A DNA stretch of 64,000 nt from an uncultured Verrucomicrobiae bacterium (GTDB lineage: Bacteria; Verrucomicrobiota; Verrucomicrobiia; Chthoniobacterales; JAFAMB01), in assembly GCA_963782115.1 (NCBI GenBank), contig CAWAIK010000003.1:224001-288000 (forward strand). The letters run 5' to 3'. The notes beneath the pieces were generated by a model, which saw only the letters and a program-made list of their open reading frames with translations, ran no database searches and had not been told where the DNA came from. Positions 1 through 11,048 of this stretch are shown here, piece after piece; the stretch's first letter is position 1, and each line of letters opens with the position of its first letter. The position numbers and the translations under genes were made by a program.

Positions 1-20
1 TTTCGCGTGCTGATCAATGC

Positions 21-2684
21 ATGGCTTCACTTAAAGAAATTTTTGGGATGGACCATTTGTTTGTGGAAATTCAGCGGCACGCACTTCGCACCGAGCAATG
101 GATGAACCAGCGGCTTTGCGAGCTTGCGGATCGTCATCGGTTAAAGCTGCTTGCGACCAACGGGGTCTTATACGGCACATCCGATCGCCGCACTGCGCTT
201 GATGTATTTACGTGCGCGCGAAATCACACTCACCTCGATGCAGCAGGCCGATTGCTGGAGCCAAATACGGAACGCCATCTCCAACCGGCGAGAGCGATGA
301 GCGAATTATTTGCGGACTTACCGCACGCTGTGGCTAATACCATCGCTGTTGGCAACGAAATTGAGTTCACACTCGAGAATCTTGGTTATCAATTTCCCAG
401 GTTCCCTGTACCGCAGGGTGAAACCATGGACAGTTTGCTTGAAAAAGTGGTCTGGGAAGGAGCTCGGCAACGTTATGATAAAATCAGTGAACGTGTTCGA
501 TCGCAAATTGAACACGAACTGGGTTTAATTCGTAAGCTCGAGTTTTCAGGGTATTTCCTGATTGTTTGGGATCTTGTCCGATACTGCCGAGAATCTGACA
601 TCATGGTTCAAGGCCGTGGAAGTGCAGCCAACAGCGCGGTCTGTTACAGTTTGGGTATTACTGCAGTTGATCCGGTGGGTGGCCATCTATTGTTTGAACG
701 TTTTCTGAGTGAAGGCCGAAAGGGTTGGCCGGACATCGATCTGGACCTGCCCAGCGGTGATCGCCGTGAAAGAGTCATCCAGGAAGTCTACAGGCGTTAC
801 GGAAAACTCGGTGCGGCTATGACGGCCAATGTCATTACTTTTCGCGGCCGAAGTGCGATGCGTGAAACTGGCAAAGCGCTGAATCTGCCGGAAGACATCA
901 TGGATCGCTTCTCGCGTTTGTACGCCAACGGCGATTTTCCACATACGCTTGAAACGTATGATCAACTACGTCAAGCGGGCCTTCCCGCAGAACATCCTCG
1001 AGTCAACGCGTTTCTTCAAGTGTATCACGCCATCCAGGGATTACCCCGTCATCTGGGGCAACATTCTGGTGGAATGGTTATTTGCGAAGGACAACTGGAT
1101 GCGATTGTTCCACTGGAAAACGCCACCATGCCCGGGCGCACAGTCATCCAATGGGACAAAGATGATTGCGAAGATTTGGGCATCGTTAAAGTGGATCTGC
1201 TCGGTCTGGGGATGATGGCAGCGCTGCAGGACGCCATCGCGATCTGCGATCGGCGAGGGCATCCCGTCGAGCTGGCCAAACTTCCAAAGGACGATCCGGC
1301 AACTTACGATATGCTTTGCCGAGCCGACACGATTGGTGTGTTCCAAGTCGAGAGTCGCGCACAGATGGCCACTTTGCCTCGGATGAAACCGAGAGAATTT
1401 TACGATCTGGTGATCGAAGTCGCCATCATTCGACCTGGACCGATTCAAGGTCATCTCATGCATCCTTATCTGGCCCGGCGCGAAGGGAACGAAGAAATTA
1501 CTTACCTGGATTCTCGACTCGTTCCAGTCTTGGAGCGAACGCTTGGTGTACCGCTTTTTCAGGAACAAATGCTTAAAATGGCGATGGTCATGGCTAACTT
1601 TTCTGGAGATGAAGCGGAAGAATTGCGGCGGGCGCTCAGTTATCATCGTTCACAGGAACGAATGCAACGCGTCGAACAAAAGTTGCGTAAGGCGCTCCTC
1701 ACCAATGATGTCAGCGACGAAGTAGCCGCAAAAATCCTTTCGGCCATTACTTCGTTTGCCTTGTACGGATTTCCAGAATCGCACGCGATCAGTTTTGCCC
1801 TGATCACTTACGCCAGTTCCTGGTTAAAGGTGCATCGGCCTGCAGAGTTTTACGTTGGATTGCTCAACAATCAGCCGATGGGCTTTTATACCCCGGCAAC
1901 CTTGATCAAGGACGCACAACGCCATCAGATCAAGGTGCGTTCAGTCTCCATAATGGATTCCGAATGGTTATGCACAGTTGAATCCGACGTATCGCTCAGA
2001 CTCGGATTTTGCCTGACGCATGGAATAAACCAAGCTCACGTCGAACAGATGATCAATGTGCGACAGCAGAGATCTTTCCAGAACATGCACGACTTTCGTG
2101 AACGGACCTCATTCGATCGGGATGAATTAAGGATACTAGCGAAAGCCGGCGCATTAAATTCCTTGACCGGGCACCGGCGCGATGCGCTCTGGGCGGTCGA
2201 GAACGAGCTTCATCAGGGAGAATTATTTTCCGAGGTTCCCGAGGAATTGACCTCTCCACTGGCTCCGATGCAGCCGGTTGAACGCCTTGCGGCAGATTTT
2301 TGCGTGATGCGCCTCACGACCGGCCCCCATCCTATGGCCTACATCCGCACATCCTTACCGAACGATATCTGGCGCAGCGCGGATCTATCCTTTGGAGAAA
2401 ACGGTACACGCCTTCGTATTGCCGGCCTGGCGATTTGTCGTCAACGACCTGGTACCGCGAAAGGCTTTGTCTTTATCAGCCTGGAAGACGAAACAGGCAT
2501 ATCAAACGCCATTGTCAGTCCGCAGATTTTTGAAAAGAACCGGCTCGTCATCACACAGGAAACCTTTTTGTTAATCGAAGGCATCTTGCAACTGCACTCC
2601 GGCGTTATTCACATTCGAGCTGAACAAATTGATCGATTGCCCGCCCCGGAGCTCGAGATGGCTGACTCGCACGATTTTCATTAG
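21..2684 (+). CDS. dnaE2: Error-prone DNA polymerase III alpha (DnaE2/ImuC), 5' part lies outside the window
   Basis: GRGSAANS, PDIDLD, RHLGQHSGG and YGFPESHA motifs; C-terminal SHDFH signature of DnaE2; frame is open back to the window edge. Confidence 0.95.
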   Translation: MASLKEIFGMDHLFVEIQRHALRTEQWMNQRLCELADRHRLKLLATNGVLYGTSDRRTALDVFTCARNHTHLDAAGRLLEPNTERHLQPARAMSELFADLPHAVANTIAVGNEIEFTLENLGYQFPRFPVPQGETMDSLLEKVVWEGARQRYDKISERVRSQIEHELGLIRKLEFSGYFLIVWDLVRYCRESDIMVQGRGSAANSAVCYSLGITAVDPVGGHLLFERFLSEGRKGWPDIDLDLPSGDRRERVIQEVYRRYGKLGAAMTANVITFRGRSAMRETGKALNLPEDIMDRFSRLYANGDFPHTLETYDQLRQAGLPAEHPRVNAFLQVYHAIQGLPRHLGQHSGGMVICEGQLDAIVPLENATMPGRTVIQWDKDDCEDLGIVKVDLLGLGMMAALQDAIAICDRRGHPVELAKLPKDDPATYDMLCRADTIGVFQVESRAQMATLPRMKPREFYDLVIEVAIIRPGPIQGHLMHPYLARREGNEEITYLDSRLVPVLERTLGVPLFQEQMLKMAMVMANFSGDEAEELRRALSYHRSQERMQRVEQKLRKALLTNDVSDEVAAKILSAITSFALYGFPESHAISFALITYASSWLKVHRPAEFYVGLLNNQPMGFYTPATLIKDAQRHQIKVRSVSIMDSEWLCTVESDVSLRLGFCLTHGINQAHVEQMINVRQQRSFQNMHDFRERTSFDRDELRILAKAGALNSLTGHRRDALWAVENELHQGELFSEVPEELTSPLAPMQPVERLAADFCVMRLTTGPHPMAYIRTSLPNDIWRSADLSFGENGTRLRIAGLAICRQRPGTAKGFVFISLEDETGISNAIVSPQIFEKNRLVITQETFLLIEGILQLHSGVIHIRAEQIDRLPAPELEMADSHDFH

Positions 2685-2792
2685 AAGGATTCAACTTGAT
2701 GGGTCAGGCTTAGCTGAACAAACGACGCGGCGAGAAGTCACAACTGACGGGAACCAGTAAAGGCGCAAGTGCAAAATGATCCAGCCGCTTAT

Positions 2793-3827
2793 TCAAAGTC
2801 GATCCAAAAACTCCAATCCTTTGGACTTTGGCGTCAGATTCTTCTCAGCAAGCCACTTAGGATTAAAAAGCCGTGAAACATAACGTGAACCGGAGTCGCA
2901 GAGAATGGTCGCCACGACCTGGCCAGGACCCCTCTCTCTGGCCAACTTCACGGCGCCGCAGACATTGATGGCCGAAGAGAGGCTCAGGAACAGTCCCTCG
3001 GCGTGAAGCAAGTGATAGAGCATTTCCACCGCGATGTCATCGGCGATCCGGTAGGCATCGTCGATCTGAACTCTTTCCAAATTTGCGGTGACCCGGCTTT
3101 GTCCAATTCCTTCCGCAAACGAGTCTCCATCATGAATGTCGGTGTGCCCGTATTTGATCCAGGACCACATGGCGGCTCCGTAAGGGTCCGCACAGACGAT
3201 ATGGATCTTGGGGTTTTGTTCCTTTAGAAAGAGAGAGATCCCTGCAAGCGTACCACCGGTGCCAATCGAAGCGATAAAACCGGTAATCTCGCCCTTGGTT
3301 TGCTGCCAGAGTTCCGGACCGGTCGACTGATAATGCGCATCCCGATTTGCGAGATTATCAAATTGATTTGCCCAGAACCCGTTTTCGGTTTTTTCGGCGA
3401 TTCGTTGCGAGACATGGATGTAATTGTCAGGATCCGTGTACGGCTTTTCAGGTACGGTCCGTAATTCCGCGCCCATTGCGCGAAGTCCGTCGATCTTTTC
3501 CTGCGATATATTGTCCGGCACCACGATGATGGTCCGGTAACCTCGGGCGTTGCCAACCAGAGCTAACCCGATCCCGGTGTTTCCGGCGGTTCCCTCAACA
3601 ATCGTGCCTCCAGGATGGAGGGCGCCACATCGTTCTGCGTGGAGGACCATCCCAAGGGCTGCACGATCCTTAACTGAGCCACCCGGGTTCAAAAATTCGG
3701 CCTTTCCGAAGATTTCGCATCCGGTCGCCTCAGAAAGGGCGCGCAGCCGAATAAGCGGCGTTCTACCGATCGTCTGACAAAATCCTGCAGTGACAAAACC
3801 AGGCGAATTATCTTGATTGGTTGTCAT
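2793..3827 (-). CDS. cysK: Cysteine synthase A (PLP-dependent)
   Basis: NPGGSVKDR PLP lysine, TAGNTGIG, GTGGT and EGIG motifs. Confidence 0.9.
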   Translation of the reverse strand: MTTNQDNSPGFVTAGFCQTIGRTPLIRLRALSEATGCEIFGKAEFLNPGGSVKDRAALGMVLHAERCGALHPGGTIVEGTAGNTGIGLALVGNARGYRTIIVVPDNISQEKIDGLRAMGAELRTVPEKPYTDPDNYIHVSQRIAEKTENGFWANQFDNLANRDAHYQSTGPELWQQTKGEITGFIASIGTGGTLAGISLFLKEQNPKIHIVCADPYGAAMWSWIKYGHTDIHDGDSFAEGIGQSRVTANLERVQIDDAYRIADDIAVEMLYHLLHAEGLFLSLSSAINVCGAVKLARERGPGQVVATILCDSGSRYVSRLFNPKWLAEKNLTPKSKGLEFLDRL

Positions 3828-3981
3828 TTGGCAAATTGTGGCTTCGGAGATTCAAGCGTCTTTGGCCGAGCTCAGCAACTCCGATCACTTTATATCGTAG
3901 TACGATGAAAAAATCTCCAGCCCTTTCCGCCTTGCCTGGAACCACCGCTCAAGCCGCGGACGATCGATTCCCGATTTCAGA

Positions 3982-5679
3982 CTACTGCGCCCCAATTTCC
4001 GCATCCACCGCATCCCGCTCCGTCTTCGCCTCATTGCCGGCGTTTTTAGTTTTCGCAACATCGCCGGTTTTCGGTACGTGATAGATTTCGAGACCCGGTT
4101 GCAAGTATGGCACAGGACCTCGATCCCTGCTCCACATCAACGTTCCCTTCTTGAACAGCTCGGAATAGAAGTGTCTGGCGGCATTGAGGGATTGGTCGTT
4201 GGCCCTGGCAGGAGAAACAGTGCCCGAGAAAAAGCTTTGGTAGTCCGACTCAGATACCACGACATAATCAGCACCCGCGGCCATCAGTTGCTCAAACCGT
4301 GGCTGGTCATCGCTTGCCTTCAGGAAGCCGTCCATCAGGAGGTCGAATCGATATTTCTGTTTTGTCCCTGCCAGCAGATTCGGAAGGAGCACGGACGAAT
4401 CCGCGATAACTTTACTCCCCGGCCGGAGATTGCCGTCCATCCAGGCTAACATTTCGAGCCGTTCATCCCAGTTGAACGCCGCGTAGTAAGGATAGCCACG
4501 CAGAAATTCAAAGAAGCAGGCCGCCAGGCAGACTGCGAAAAGGGCCGGCAACAACCATCCCCTCACCTCTTCACGAGCAGTTGAGATAAATTCCTCCATC
4601 GAAGCAACTCCGGCGACCGCAAACGCGTAGGTGAACCCGATGACGGGCAAAAAGCGCAGATCCCCGGAAGGCGCAAACAACAGCAACAGGAAATAAATGA
4701 GCGGGATCAAGACCAGAAGAAGCTCGCTCATTTTCAGGTTGCGCCTCCGAATCCAGAGAACACACAGCGCGACGACAAGCATCACCCAGATCGCCGGCGT
4801 CGTATTGTGCCACAAAGCCAGCCAATACGTACCGTGCAGCAAATTCTTGACTCCGTCCGGAGTACTTGCGAACGCCGAACCAAGATCCTGCAGTACGTCG
4901 AGCGCGGTCAATGGGAGTTCGGTCACCGCATCGAAGTTCACGACCAGTATGGCAAAAAACAACCCAAGGGTGAATTCCATGACCCTGTTGACGCGGAACT
5001 CGCGACCCCCACTGCGAAGAACCGCAATCAACGCGGGAAGGAATAATAGAGCTCCGATGTACTTGGCCGAAATAGCGATCGCCACACTGATGCCAAGCAA
5101 CAAGGCTCTTAGGACCGTGGCCTTTCTCTCGAGGAGCACAATAGCCAGGAGCGTAAGACTGGAGCCGAACAAAAGTGAAGTGTTCTCGCTCATCGTATGT
5201 GCGAGGTCGTAAAGCTGATGCTGGCAGAGCAACAAAAAGGATAGCAACCCCGCGGCCACCGGGCTGCCGAGGAGGTAAACGACGAGACCCAGGCAGATGA
5301 TCGATCCGACGGCGAAGAATGCGGAGACGCTTCTGCCAAGTTGAACAACAGCTTGCAGATCATCGGGAACATGCAACACGGTTTTCAACAATTTCGTGGT
5401 GTTTGCCGAAAGCAGTGGACGATGGAGGTCCCAGCTTCCCTTGATTACGTGCCCGGCCCTGATCTCTTCTTCAGAATGATAAAAAGATGGAAATCCGTTT
5501 CCGTGCGTAAACCAGAAAAATCCCACAAAGAACACAGCCAGCATTAAAGCTGTGATCCCCCAATCGATCCGCGGGCGCCCGCCGGAAAGCGGCTCAAAAT
5601 GCCTTTGGCTCACAAGACACAATCCGGCGGGCGACAGGAAACGAACCCCGCCCGGACCCTCCAAACGCCCGGCGCCCAA
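3982..5679 (-). CDS. Multi-pass membrane glycosyltransferase-like protein (GT-C fold, PMT/ArnT-like); true start may be the GTG near 5613
   Basis: About 11-13 hydrophobic segments, acidic first loop (YHSEE), AISAKY motif, soluble C-terminal domain. Confidence 0.6.
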   Translation of the reverse strand: MGAGRLEGPGGVRFLSPAGLCLVSQRHFEPLSGGRPRIDWGITALMLAVFFVGFFWFTHGNGFPSFYHSEEEIRAGHVIKGSWDLHRPLLSANTTKLLKTVLHVPDDLQAVVQLGRSVSAFFAVGSIICLGLVVYLLGSPVAAGLLSFLLLCQHQLYDLAHTMSENTSLLFGSSLTLLAIVLLERKATVLRALLLGISVAIAISAKYIGALLFLPALIAVLRSGGREFRVNRVMEFTLGLFFAILVVNFDAVTELPLTALDVLQDLGSAFASTPDGVKNLLHGTYWLALWHNTTPAIWVMLVVALCVLWIRRRNLKMSELLLVLIPLIYFLLLLFAPSGDLRFLPVIGFTYAFAVAGVASMEEFISTAREEVRGWLLPALFAVCLAACFFEFLRGYPYYAAFNWDERLEMLAWMDGNLRPGSKVIADSSVLLPNLLAGTKQKYRFDLLMDGFLKASDDQPRFEQLMAAGADYVVVSESDYQSFFSGTVSPARANDQSLNAARHFYSELFKKGTLMWSRDRGPVPYLQPGLEIYHVPKTGDVAKTKNAGNEAKTERDAVDAEIGAQ

Positions 5680-5826
5680 AAAACAAAATGCAAAAAAGGA
5701 AACTGATTCATCTGCGTGAACGCCCGCTTAACCAAGCGCATCCCGCGTCCGGCGTCCAGAAATTGATCGATAGCCTTCAGCAAGCTACGGCCTTAGTCCT
5801 CCCGAAAAGCGCGTTTGCGGATCGAC

Positions 5827-6612
5827 TTACGACTCAAACTCTCTCAAGGCTTGTTCGACAGAAGCTCCCGAGTGAATGATGGCGCGCAGGGCTGAGACTG
5901 CGCCAGGCACATTTTTGCTTTGCCAAATATTCCGCCCGAACACGACACCCTTTGCGCCACCCTGCATCGCGCCATGAACGATCTCCAGTGCGGCTCTTTC
6001 TGTGTCCATCTTTGGTCCACCTGCGATGAGCGTCGGCACCGGACAGTTCCGCGTGACTTTTCGAAAACCTTCGGGTGTGCCCGTGTAATACGTTTTGAGG
6101 ATGTCCGCTCCATGTTCAAAGGCGATCCGTGCTGCTGACGCCATCGCATCGGGCGAAAGCGGGTTTGGGATCCTTTGAAAATCGAGAGAGGGCAGCGCCT
6201 CGACCATGACCGGCAACCCATCCACGCGGCACGCCCCGACAACGCGCGCAACAATTTCGAAGGTCCGCAATTCGACCGCCCCGCCAATAAAACACATCAC
6301 GCAGACGCCGTCGACGCCAAGGTCCCGCGCATCGTCGACCGAGTGCAGCAAGGACCACTCCGTGTATTTCAACCAATCCTCTCGATAAATCGACGGACCC
6401 CCATCGAGCCGCATGAATGTGGGCACCCGACCGATGATTCGATTCCCGTATTTTTTGACGACACCATAGGATGTCATGATTCCGTCGGCGCCCGCGTCGA
6501 TCACTTCTTCGAGAACCTTGCCTGGGTCCTCGAGTCCCTCGACGGTGCCAAGTGTTTGCGCATGATCCAGAGCGACAACCAATGCCTTTTCTGGCAATTG
6601 CAGTCTGTTCAT
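5827..6612 (-). CDS. Class I aldolase, DhnA/LsrF/FbaB family
   Basis: [13 protein letters not shown] Schiff-base lysine, AGGPK and GRNIWQ motifs. Confidence 0.85.
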   Translation of the reverse strand: MNRLQLPEKALVVALDHAQTLGTVEGLEDPGKVLEEVIDAGADGIMTSYGVVKKYGNRIIGRVPTFMRLDGGPSIYREDWLKYTEWSLLHSVDDARDLGVDGVCVMCFIGGAVELRTFEIVARVVGACRVDGLPVMVEALPSLDFQRIPNPLSPDAMASAARIAFEHGADILKTYYTGTPEGFRKVTRNCPVPTLIAGGPKMDTERAALEIVHGAMQGGAKGVVFGRNIWQSKNVPGAVSALRAIIHSGASVEQALREFES

Positions 6613-6678
6613 TTTCTGATCAGTTTAGTCGAATTGTCCTAAGCGAGAAGGCAATTGAGAGGACACATTCGAGGGGTG

Positions 6679-6742
6679 CAGTACTCCACCTCTCCAGTAC
6701 TCCACCTCTCCACCCGTCCATCGCTCCTCTCCTCCGATACTC
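6679..6742. repeat. Degenerate 8-bp tandem repeat (8 units, CAGTACTC/CACCTCTC type); reverse-complement relative of the 19111 array
   Basis: CAGTACTC CACCTCTC CAGTACTC CACCTCTC CACCCGTC CATCGCTC CTCTCCTC CGATACTC. Confidence 0.7.
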
Positions 6743-6814
6743 GCTCCCCGCCGCCGATACGTTCCCACCGCCCTTGGCTTAACAAGCGGACCGTACTACG
6801 TTAGGGGCACAACT

Positions 6815-7879
6815 ATGTCCCATCTCACCGAAGAACTCGTTCTAGAGCGCCTGAAGGCTGTCAAATTTCCGGGTTACAGCCGCGATATCGTGAGTTTCGG
6901 TCTAGTGAAAGAGATCAAAATTGCGGGATCGGATCTCCTGGTGCGTCTAAGTGTCGCGACCAACAACCCGGCTGTGGCGCAGACCCTCAAGAAGGAATCG
7001 GAACAAATCTTGGCTACGATTCCTGGGGTCAGATCGACCAAAATCGTGATCGACATCACGAATCCTCCTGACGTGGCTTCGGGCGGACAGACCGCGACAA
7101 CGCGGATTCCCGGAGTGAAGTACGTGATTGCGATCGCCAGCGGTAAGGGAGGAGTTGGCAAATCGACGGTGGCCGCGAATCTTGCAGCGGCCCTGGAACG
7201 CTCCGGCGCAGAGGTTGGTCTGTGCGATTGCGATATTTACGGTCCGAGTATCTCGCTGATGTTCGGTGCAACTCAGGAACGGCCAATGGCCACCAGCGAC
7301 AACACCATCATTCCCATGGAACGCTATGGGATCAAGCTGATGTCCATGGGATCGCTGCTGGACGACAGTTCTCCGGCGATTCTCCGAGGTCCGATGGTTA
7401 CCAGAGCGACTCAACAATTCCTTCGCCAGGTGGACTGGTCCGGCCTCGACTATCTGATTCTGGATCTTCCTCCAGGAACGGGCGACATCCAGTTGACCGT
7501 GGTGCAAACCGTTGCGCTCTCTGGCGCGGTGATCGTAACGACGCCGCAAGAGGTCGCCCTGATAGATGCGCGCAAAGCCAGTTCAATGTTTGCCAAGGTG
7601 AATGTTCCGGTCTTGGGGATCATCGAAAACATGAGTTATTTCCTCTCACCGAGCGATGGCAAACGTTACGACATCTTTGGGTCCGGTGGAGGCGAACGAG
7701 AGGCGGCACGGTTGAAAGTGCCTCTCCTGGGTAGCGTGCCTCTTGACATTGAGACGAGAGAAGCGGGGGATCGAGGGATGCCGGTCATGATTGAGAAACC
7801 GGAACATCGCATTTCTAAAGTATTCGAAAAAATTGCCGATCAGTTACGCAAGAAGATCGAGTTTCCCACTGGTAATTGA
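6815..7879 (+). CDS. mrp: Mrp/NBP35 (ApbC) Fe-S cluster carrier ATPase with N-terminal DUF59/FeS-assembly domain
   Basis: SGKGGVGKST, DCDIYGPS, DLPPGTGD and ENMS motifs. Confidence 0.93.
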   Translation: MSHLTEELVLERLKAVKFPGYSRDIVSFGLVKEIKIAGSDLLVRLSVATNNPAVAQTLKKESEQILATIPGVRSTKIVIDITNPPDVASGGQTATTRIPGVKYVIAIASGKGGVGKSTVAANLAAALERSGAEVGLCDCDIYGPSISLMFGATQERPMATSDNTIIPMERYGIKLMSMGSLLDDSSPAILRGPMVTRATQQFLRQVDWSGLDYLILDLPPGTGDIQLTVVQTVALSGAVIVTTPQEVALIDARKASSMFAKVNVPVLGIIENMSYFLSPSDGKRYDIFGSGGGEREAARLKVPLLGSVPLDIETREAGDRGMPVMIEKPEHRISKVFEKIADQLRKKIEFPTGN

Positions 7880-7962
7880 CAGATTTTGAGCGCGACTGTT
7901 AGCGCGTTCATATGATTCTGGTTGACTACGAACGCCAGATGTTGAAACTCGCCGTAGAATAA

Positions 7963-8178
7963 ATGGAACCCCCTAAAGAAGACGTCACAGAGTTGGTGAA
8001 AAATTCTGTGCTCTACAAGGAGTTCTTGGCTGAGCGCGAAGAGATATTGCGCCATAAATGGATTGAAAGCGAGAAGGCCGGTTACGACATTGGATTCGAA
8101 AGAGCACTCCTCGACTGGATCGTCAAACATCGATCCGCATGGCGAGAGCGCAGACAAAGACAATTAAAAGGCGCATAG
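7963..8178 (+). CDS. Small DUF4032-like protein
   Basis: EILRHKWIESEKAGYDIGFERALLDW resembles DUF4032. Confidence 0.75.
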   Translation: MEPPKEDVTELVKNSVLYKEFLAEREEILRHKWIESEKAGYDIGFERALLDWIVKHRSAWRERRQRQLKGA

Positions 8179-8198
8179 CCCGAGCAGCGTCAACCCTA

Positions 8199-8231
8199 AC
8201 CTTTAAGGTGATCCCGCGAGGTCACCAAGGT
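8199..8231 (+). promoter_or_regulatory. PyrR-binding RNA stem-loop overlapping the pyrR ribosome-binding region
   Basis: ACCTTTAA-GGTG-ATCCCGCGAGGT-CACC-AAGGT matches the PyrR element (CUUUAA ... UCCnGnGAGG ... AAGG); ends 5 nt before the pyrR ATG. Confidence 0.85.
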
Positions 8232-8236
8232 CAGAC

Positions 8237-8776
8237 ATGTCAAACTCGATCCTCATCATGGATGGCAACGCGATGACGCGTGCTTTGCGCCGTATCGCTC
8301 ATGAAATCCTGGAACACAATCCGGATCCTGGTGCTTTTGCCCTAATCGGAATTCCATCGCGCGGAGTCGAACTGGCTCGCCGTCTGGCAGATTTGATCAA
8401 AGCCACAGAGGGGAGGAAGCCGGAGTTGGGCTCAATCGACATTTCGATGCATCGAGACGATCTGAGCCTTCGGTACACGCTCACCTCCGTTCAAGAGACC
8501 AATCTGCCGCTTCGCCTTGAAGAATACACCCTCGTTCTGGTTGACGACGTTCTTTACACCGGCCGTACGTGCCGAGCGGCAATGGATGCCATCAGCTCTT
8601 TTGGGCGTCCGGCGCGGATCCAGTTCGCGGTACTCCTGGATCGAGGCCATAGGGAGTTACCGATTCGGCCGGACTATGTAGGGAAGAATCTTCCCACTTC
8701 GCGTGAAGAGCGGGTGAAAGTACGCCTTCAGAACGTCGACGCAGAACCAGATTCAGTCCGCCTCGAGAGGCCATGA
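8237..8776 (+). CDS. pyrR: Bifunctional pyrimidine operon regulator / uracil phosphoribosyltransferase PyrR
   Basis: [17 protein letters not shown] and [17 protein letters not shown] motifs. Confidence 0.96.
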   Translation: MSNSILIMDGNAMTRALRRIAHEILEHNPDPGAFALIGIPSRGVELARRLADLIKATEGRKPELGSIDISMHRDDLSLRYTLTSVQETNLPLRLEEYTLVLVDDVLYTGRTCRAAMDAISSFGRPARIQFAVLLDRGHRELPIRPDYVGKNLPTSREERVKVRLQNVDAEPDSVRLERP

Positions 8777-9750
8777 AGACAGCCGACCCCAAACCAGCGA
8801 GAGACCTTCCGCAAACCAAGAACTGGCACCGGAAAGACCTGCTCGGGATCCGAGAATTGGAACTGAGTGAGATTGAAACACTCCTGGACACTGCGGCCGC
8901 CTTCAAGACGGTGGGCTCGCGAGATATAAAAAAGGTTCCGGCCTTGCGCGGGAAAACAATGGTCAACTTTTTCGTCGAACCGAGTACGCGTACTCGGACT
9001 TCATTCGAACTGGCGGCCTTTCGGCTCAGCGCCGACGTCGTGAATATCTCAGCGACGACGTCCAGTCTGCAAAAGGGCGAAACGCTCAAGGATACCGCGC
9101 TCAATCTTCAGGCATTGTATGCTGACATCATCGTCTTGCGTCACAGCTCGGCGGGTGCACCAAAGTTTCTCGCTGAACGGCTCGATTCCAGCATTGTCAA
9201 CGCCGGAGATGGGGCCCATGAACATCCCACTCAAGCGCTCCTGGACGTTTTTACGATTCGAGAGCAATTGGGAAGGATCGAGGGTCTGAAGGTTGCGATT
9301 GTTGGAGACATTCTTTTCAGCAGGGTGGCACGATCGGACATCTGGGCGCTCAAAAAGCTAGGAGCGGAGGTCACGTTAGTGGGCCCGAGCACTCTTGTAC
9401 CACGTTCCTTCGAGAAGATGGGCGTCGAGGTGGCGCGTCATATCGACGATATCCTGGAATCTGCCGACGTTATTAACCTGTTGCGAATTCAGCACGAACG
9501 CCAGCGTAAGGAATATTTCCCGAACCTGAACGAGTACGTTCGATTCTTCGGCCTGACCAAGACGAGGGCGACGAAACTCAAACCGAGCTGTCTCGTTATG
9601 CACCCGGGACCAATCAATCGAGGCGTCGAGATCGACAGCGACGTCGCCGACGGTCCGCAAAGCGTCATCCTGGACCAAGTTACAAACGGACTCGCGGTGC
9701 GCATGGCAGTCCTCTACTTGTGCAGCACCGCGTCTAGAAAGGTTCGATGA
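8773..9750 (+). CDS. pyrB: Aspartate carbamoyltransferase catalytic subunit
   Basis: [20 protein letters not shown] and MHPGP motifs; ATGA overlap with pyrR. Confidence 0.97.
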   Translation: MKTADPKPARDLPQTKNWHRKDLLGIRELELSEIETLLDTAAAFKTVGSRDIKKVPALRGKTMVNFFVEPSTRTRTSFELAAFRLSADVVNISATTSSLQKGETLKDTALNLQALYADIIVLRHSSAGAPKFLAERLDSSIVNAGDGAHEHPTQALLDVFTIREQLGRIEGLKVAIVGDILFSRVARSDIWALKKLGAEVTLVGPSTLVPRSFEKMGVEVARHIDDILESADVINLLRIQHERQRKEYFPNLNEYVRFFGLTKTRATKLKPSCLVMHPGPINRGVEIDSDVADGPQSVILDQVTNGLAVRMAVLYLCSTASRKVR

Positions 9751-11018
9751 TGGACCTGATCATCAAGAACGGCCGAATCATCGACCCGTCGATCAACCGG
9801 GATGAGATTGCCGATCTTTATGTTGTCGATGGCCGGATATCTGCACAACCGCCGGGCGGTGAATGCGAAGTCATCGATGCGCGCCATCTGGTCGTGGCAC
9901 CAGGGCTCATCGACATCCATGTTCACCTGCGCGAACCGGGCCAATCTCACAAGGAAACAATCGAGACCGGAACTCAGGCAGCGGCAGCCGGCGGTTTTTC
10001 ATCAGTTGTCTGCATGCCAAACACCGATCCACCGGCGGATAGCGCAAGCACAATCACCTGGATCACAGATCGCACGCGCGAATGCGCTTTGGTCAACGTG
10101 TTCCCGACCGGGGCGATCACCAAGAGCCTGAACGGCGAAGAGATGGCTCCTATCGGGTCGATGGTTCAAGCCGGTATCGTTGCGATTACTGACGATGGTC
10201 ATTGCGTTCAAAATCATGAAGTGATGCGACGCGCAGTTGAGTACGCGCGAATGTTTGACCTTGCCGTCATGGACCATTGCCAGGATTACAACATGGTGGG
10301 CGGCGGGGTGATGCACGAGGGGTACTGGAGCACCGTGCTTGGCCTGGCCGGCTGGCCGCGAACTGCGGAGGAACTGGTCGTTGCCAGAAATATTCTTCTC
10401 GCGGAACTCTGCAATACTCGCATCCATTGTCAGCATCTTAGTTCCGGCGGCAGCGTCCGGTTGCTTAGAGACGCCCGAGCCCGCGGGATCCCGGTGACCG
10501 GCGAACTTTGTCCTCATCACATTGCGCTCACCGACGAATATGTCAGCTCTTTTGATACCAACTACAAAATGAATCCGCCACTTCGGGCCCGCGAAGATGT
10601 CGAAGCATTGATCGAAGGTGTGGCAGATGGCACCATCACTCTTCTTGGAAGCGACCATGCACCGCACGCGTTCTTCGAAAAAGAGGTGGAATTTGACCGA
10701 GCTCCCTTTGGCATCCTTGGTTTGGAAACAGAACTGGCGCTGTTTCTCACGATCCTCGTTCATCGCACCAAGGCGATCGATCTCAATCGGCTGATTACGA
10801 TGTACACCGTGAATCCGGCGACACTGGTGCGCTTGCCAAAAGCAACGCTAGGCACCGGTGCAGATGCGGACATTACCATTATTGATCCTGATTTGGAATG
10901 GACGTTCCGCAAAAAGGACTCATTTTCGCGCTCGCGCAACACGCCGTTCGACGGCTGGGAACTGAAAGGACGGGCTGTCCGCACGATCGTCGCCGGAAAG
11001 ACGATTTGGAGCGTCTAG
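9747..11018 (+). CDS. pyrC: Dihydroorotase
   Basis: [21 protein letters not shown] and SDHAPH motifs. Confidence 0.96.
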   Translation: MMDLIIKNGRIIDPSINRDEIADLYVVDGRISAQPPGGECEVIDARHLVVAPGLIDIHVHLREPGQSHKETIETGTQAAAAGGFSSVVCMPNTDPPADSASTITWITDRTRECALVNVFPTGAITKSLNGEEMAPIGSMVQAGIVAITDDGHCVQNHEVMRRAVEYARMFDLAVMDHCQDYNMVGGGVMHEGYWSTVLGLAGWPRTAEELVVARNILLAELCNTRIHCQHLSSGGSVRLLRDARARGIPVTGELCPHHIALTDEYVSSFDTNYKMNPPLRAREDVEALIEGVADGTITLLGSDHAPHAFFEKEVEFDRAPFGILGLETELALFLTILVHRTKAIDLNRLITMYTVNPATLVRLPKATLGTGADADITIIDPDLEWTFRKKDSFSRSRNTPFDGWELKGRAVRTIVAGKTIWSV

Positions 11019-11048
11019 GGACCGATATCCCGACACGTGATTCGGTCC
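11019..11048. terminator. Hairpin between convergent genes (possible bidirectional terminator)
   Basis: GGACCGA...TCGGTCC inverted repeat fills the gap between the two stop codons; no long U-tract. Confidence 0.4.
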
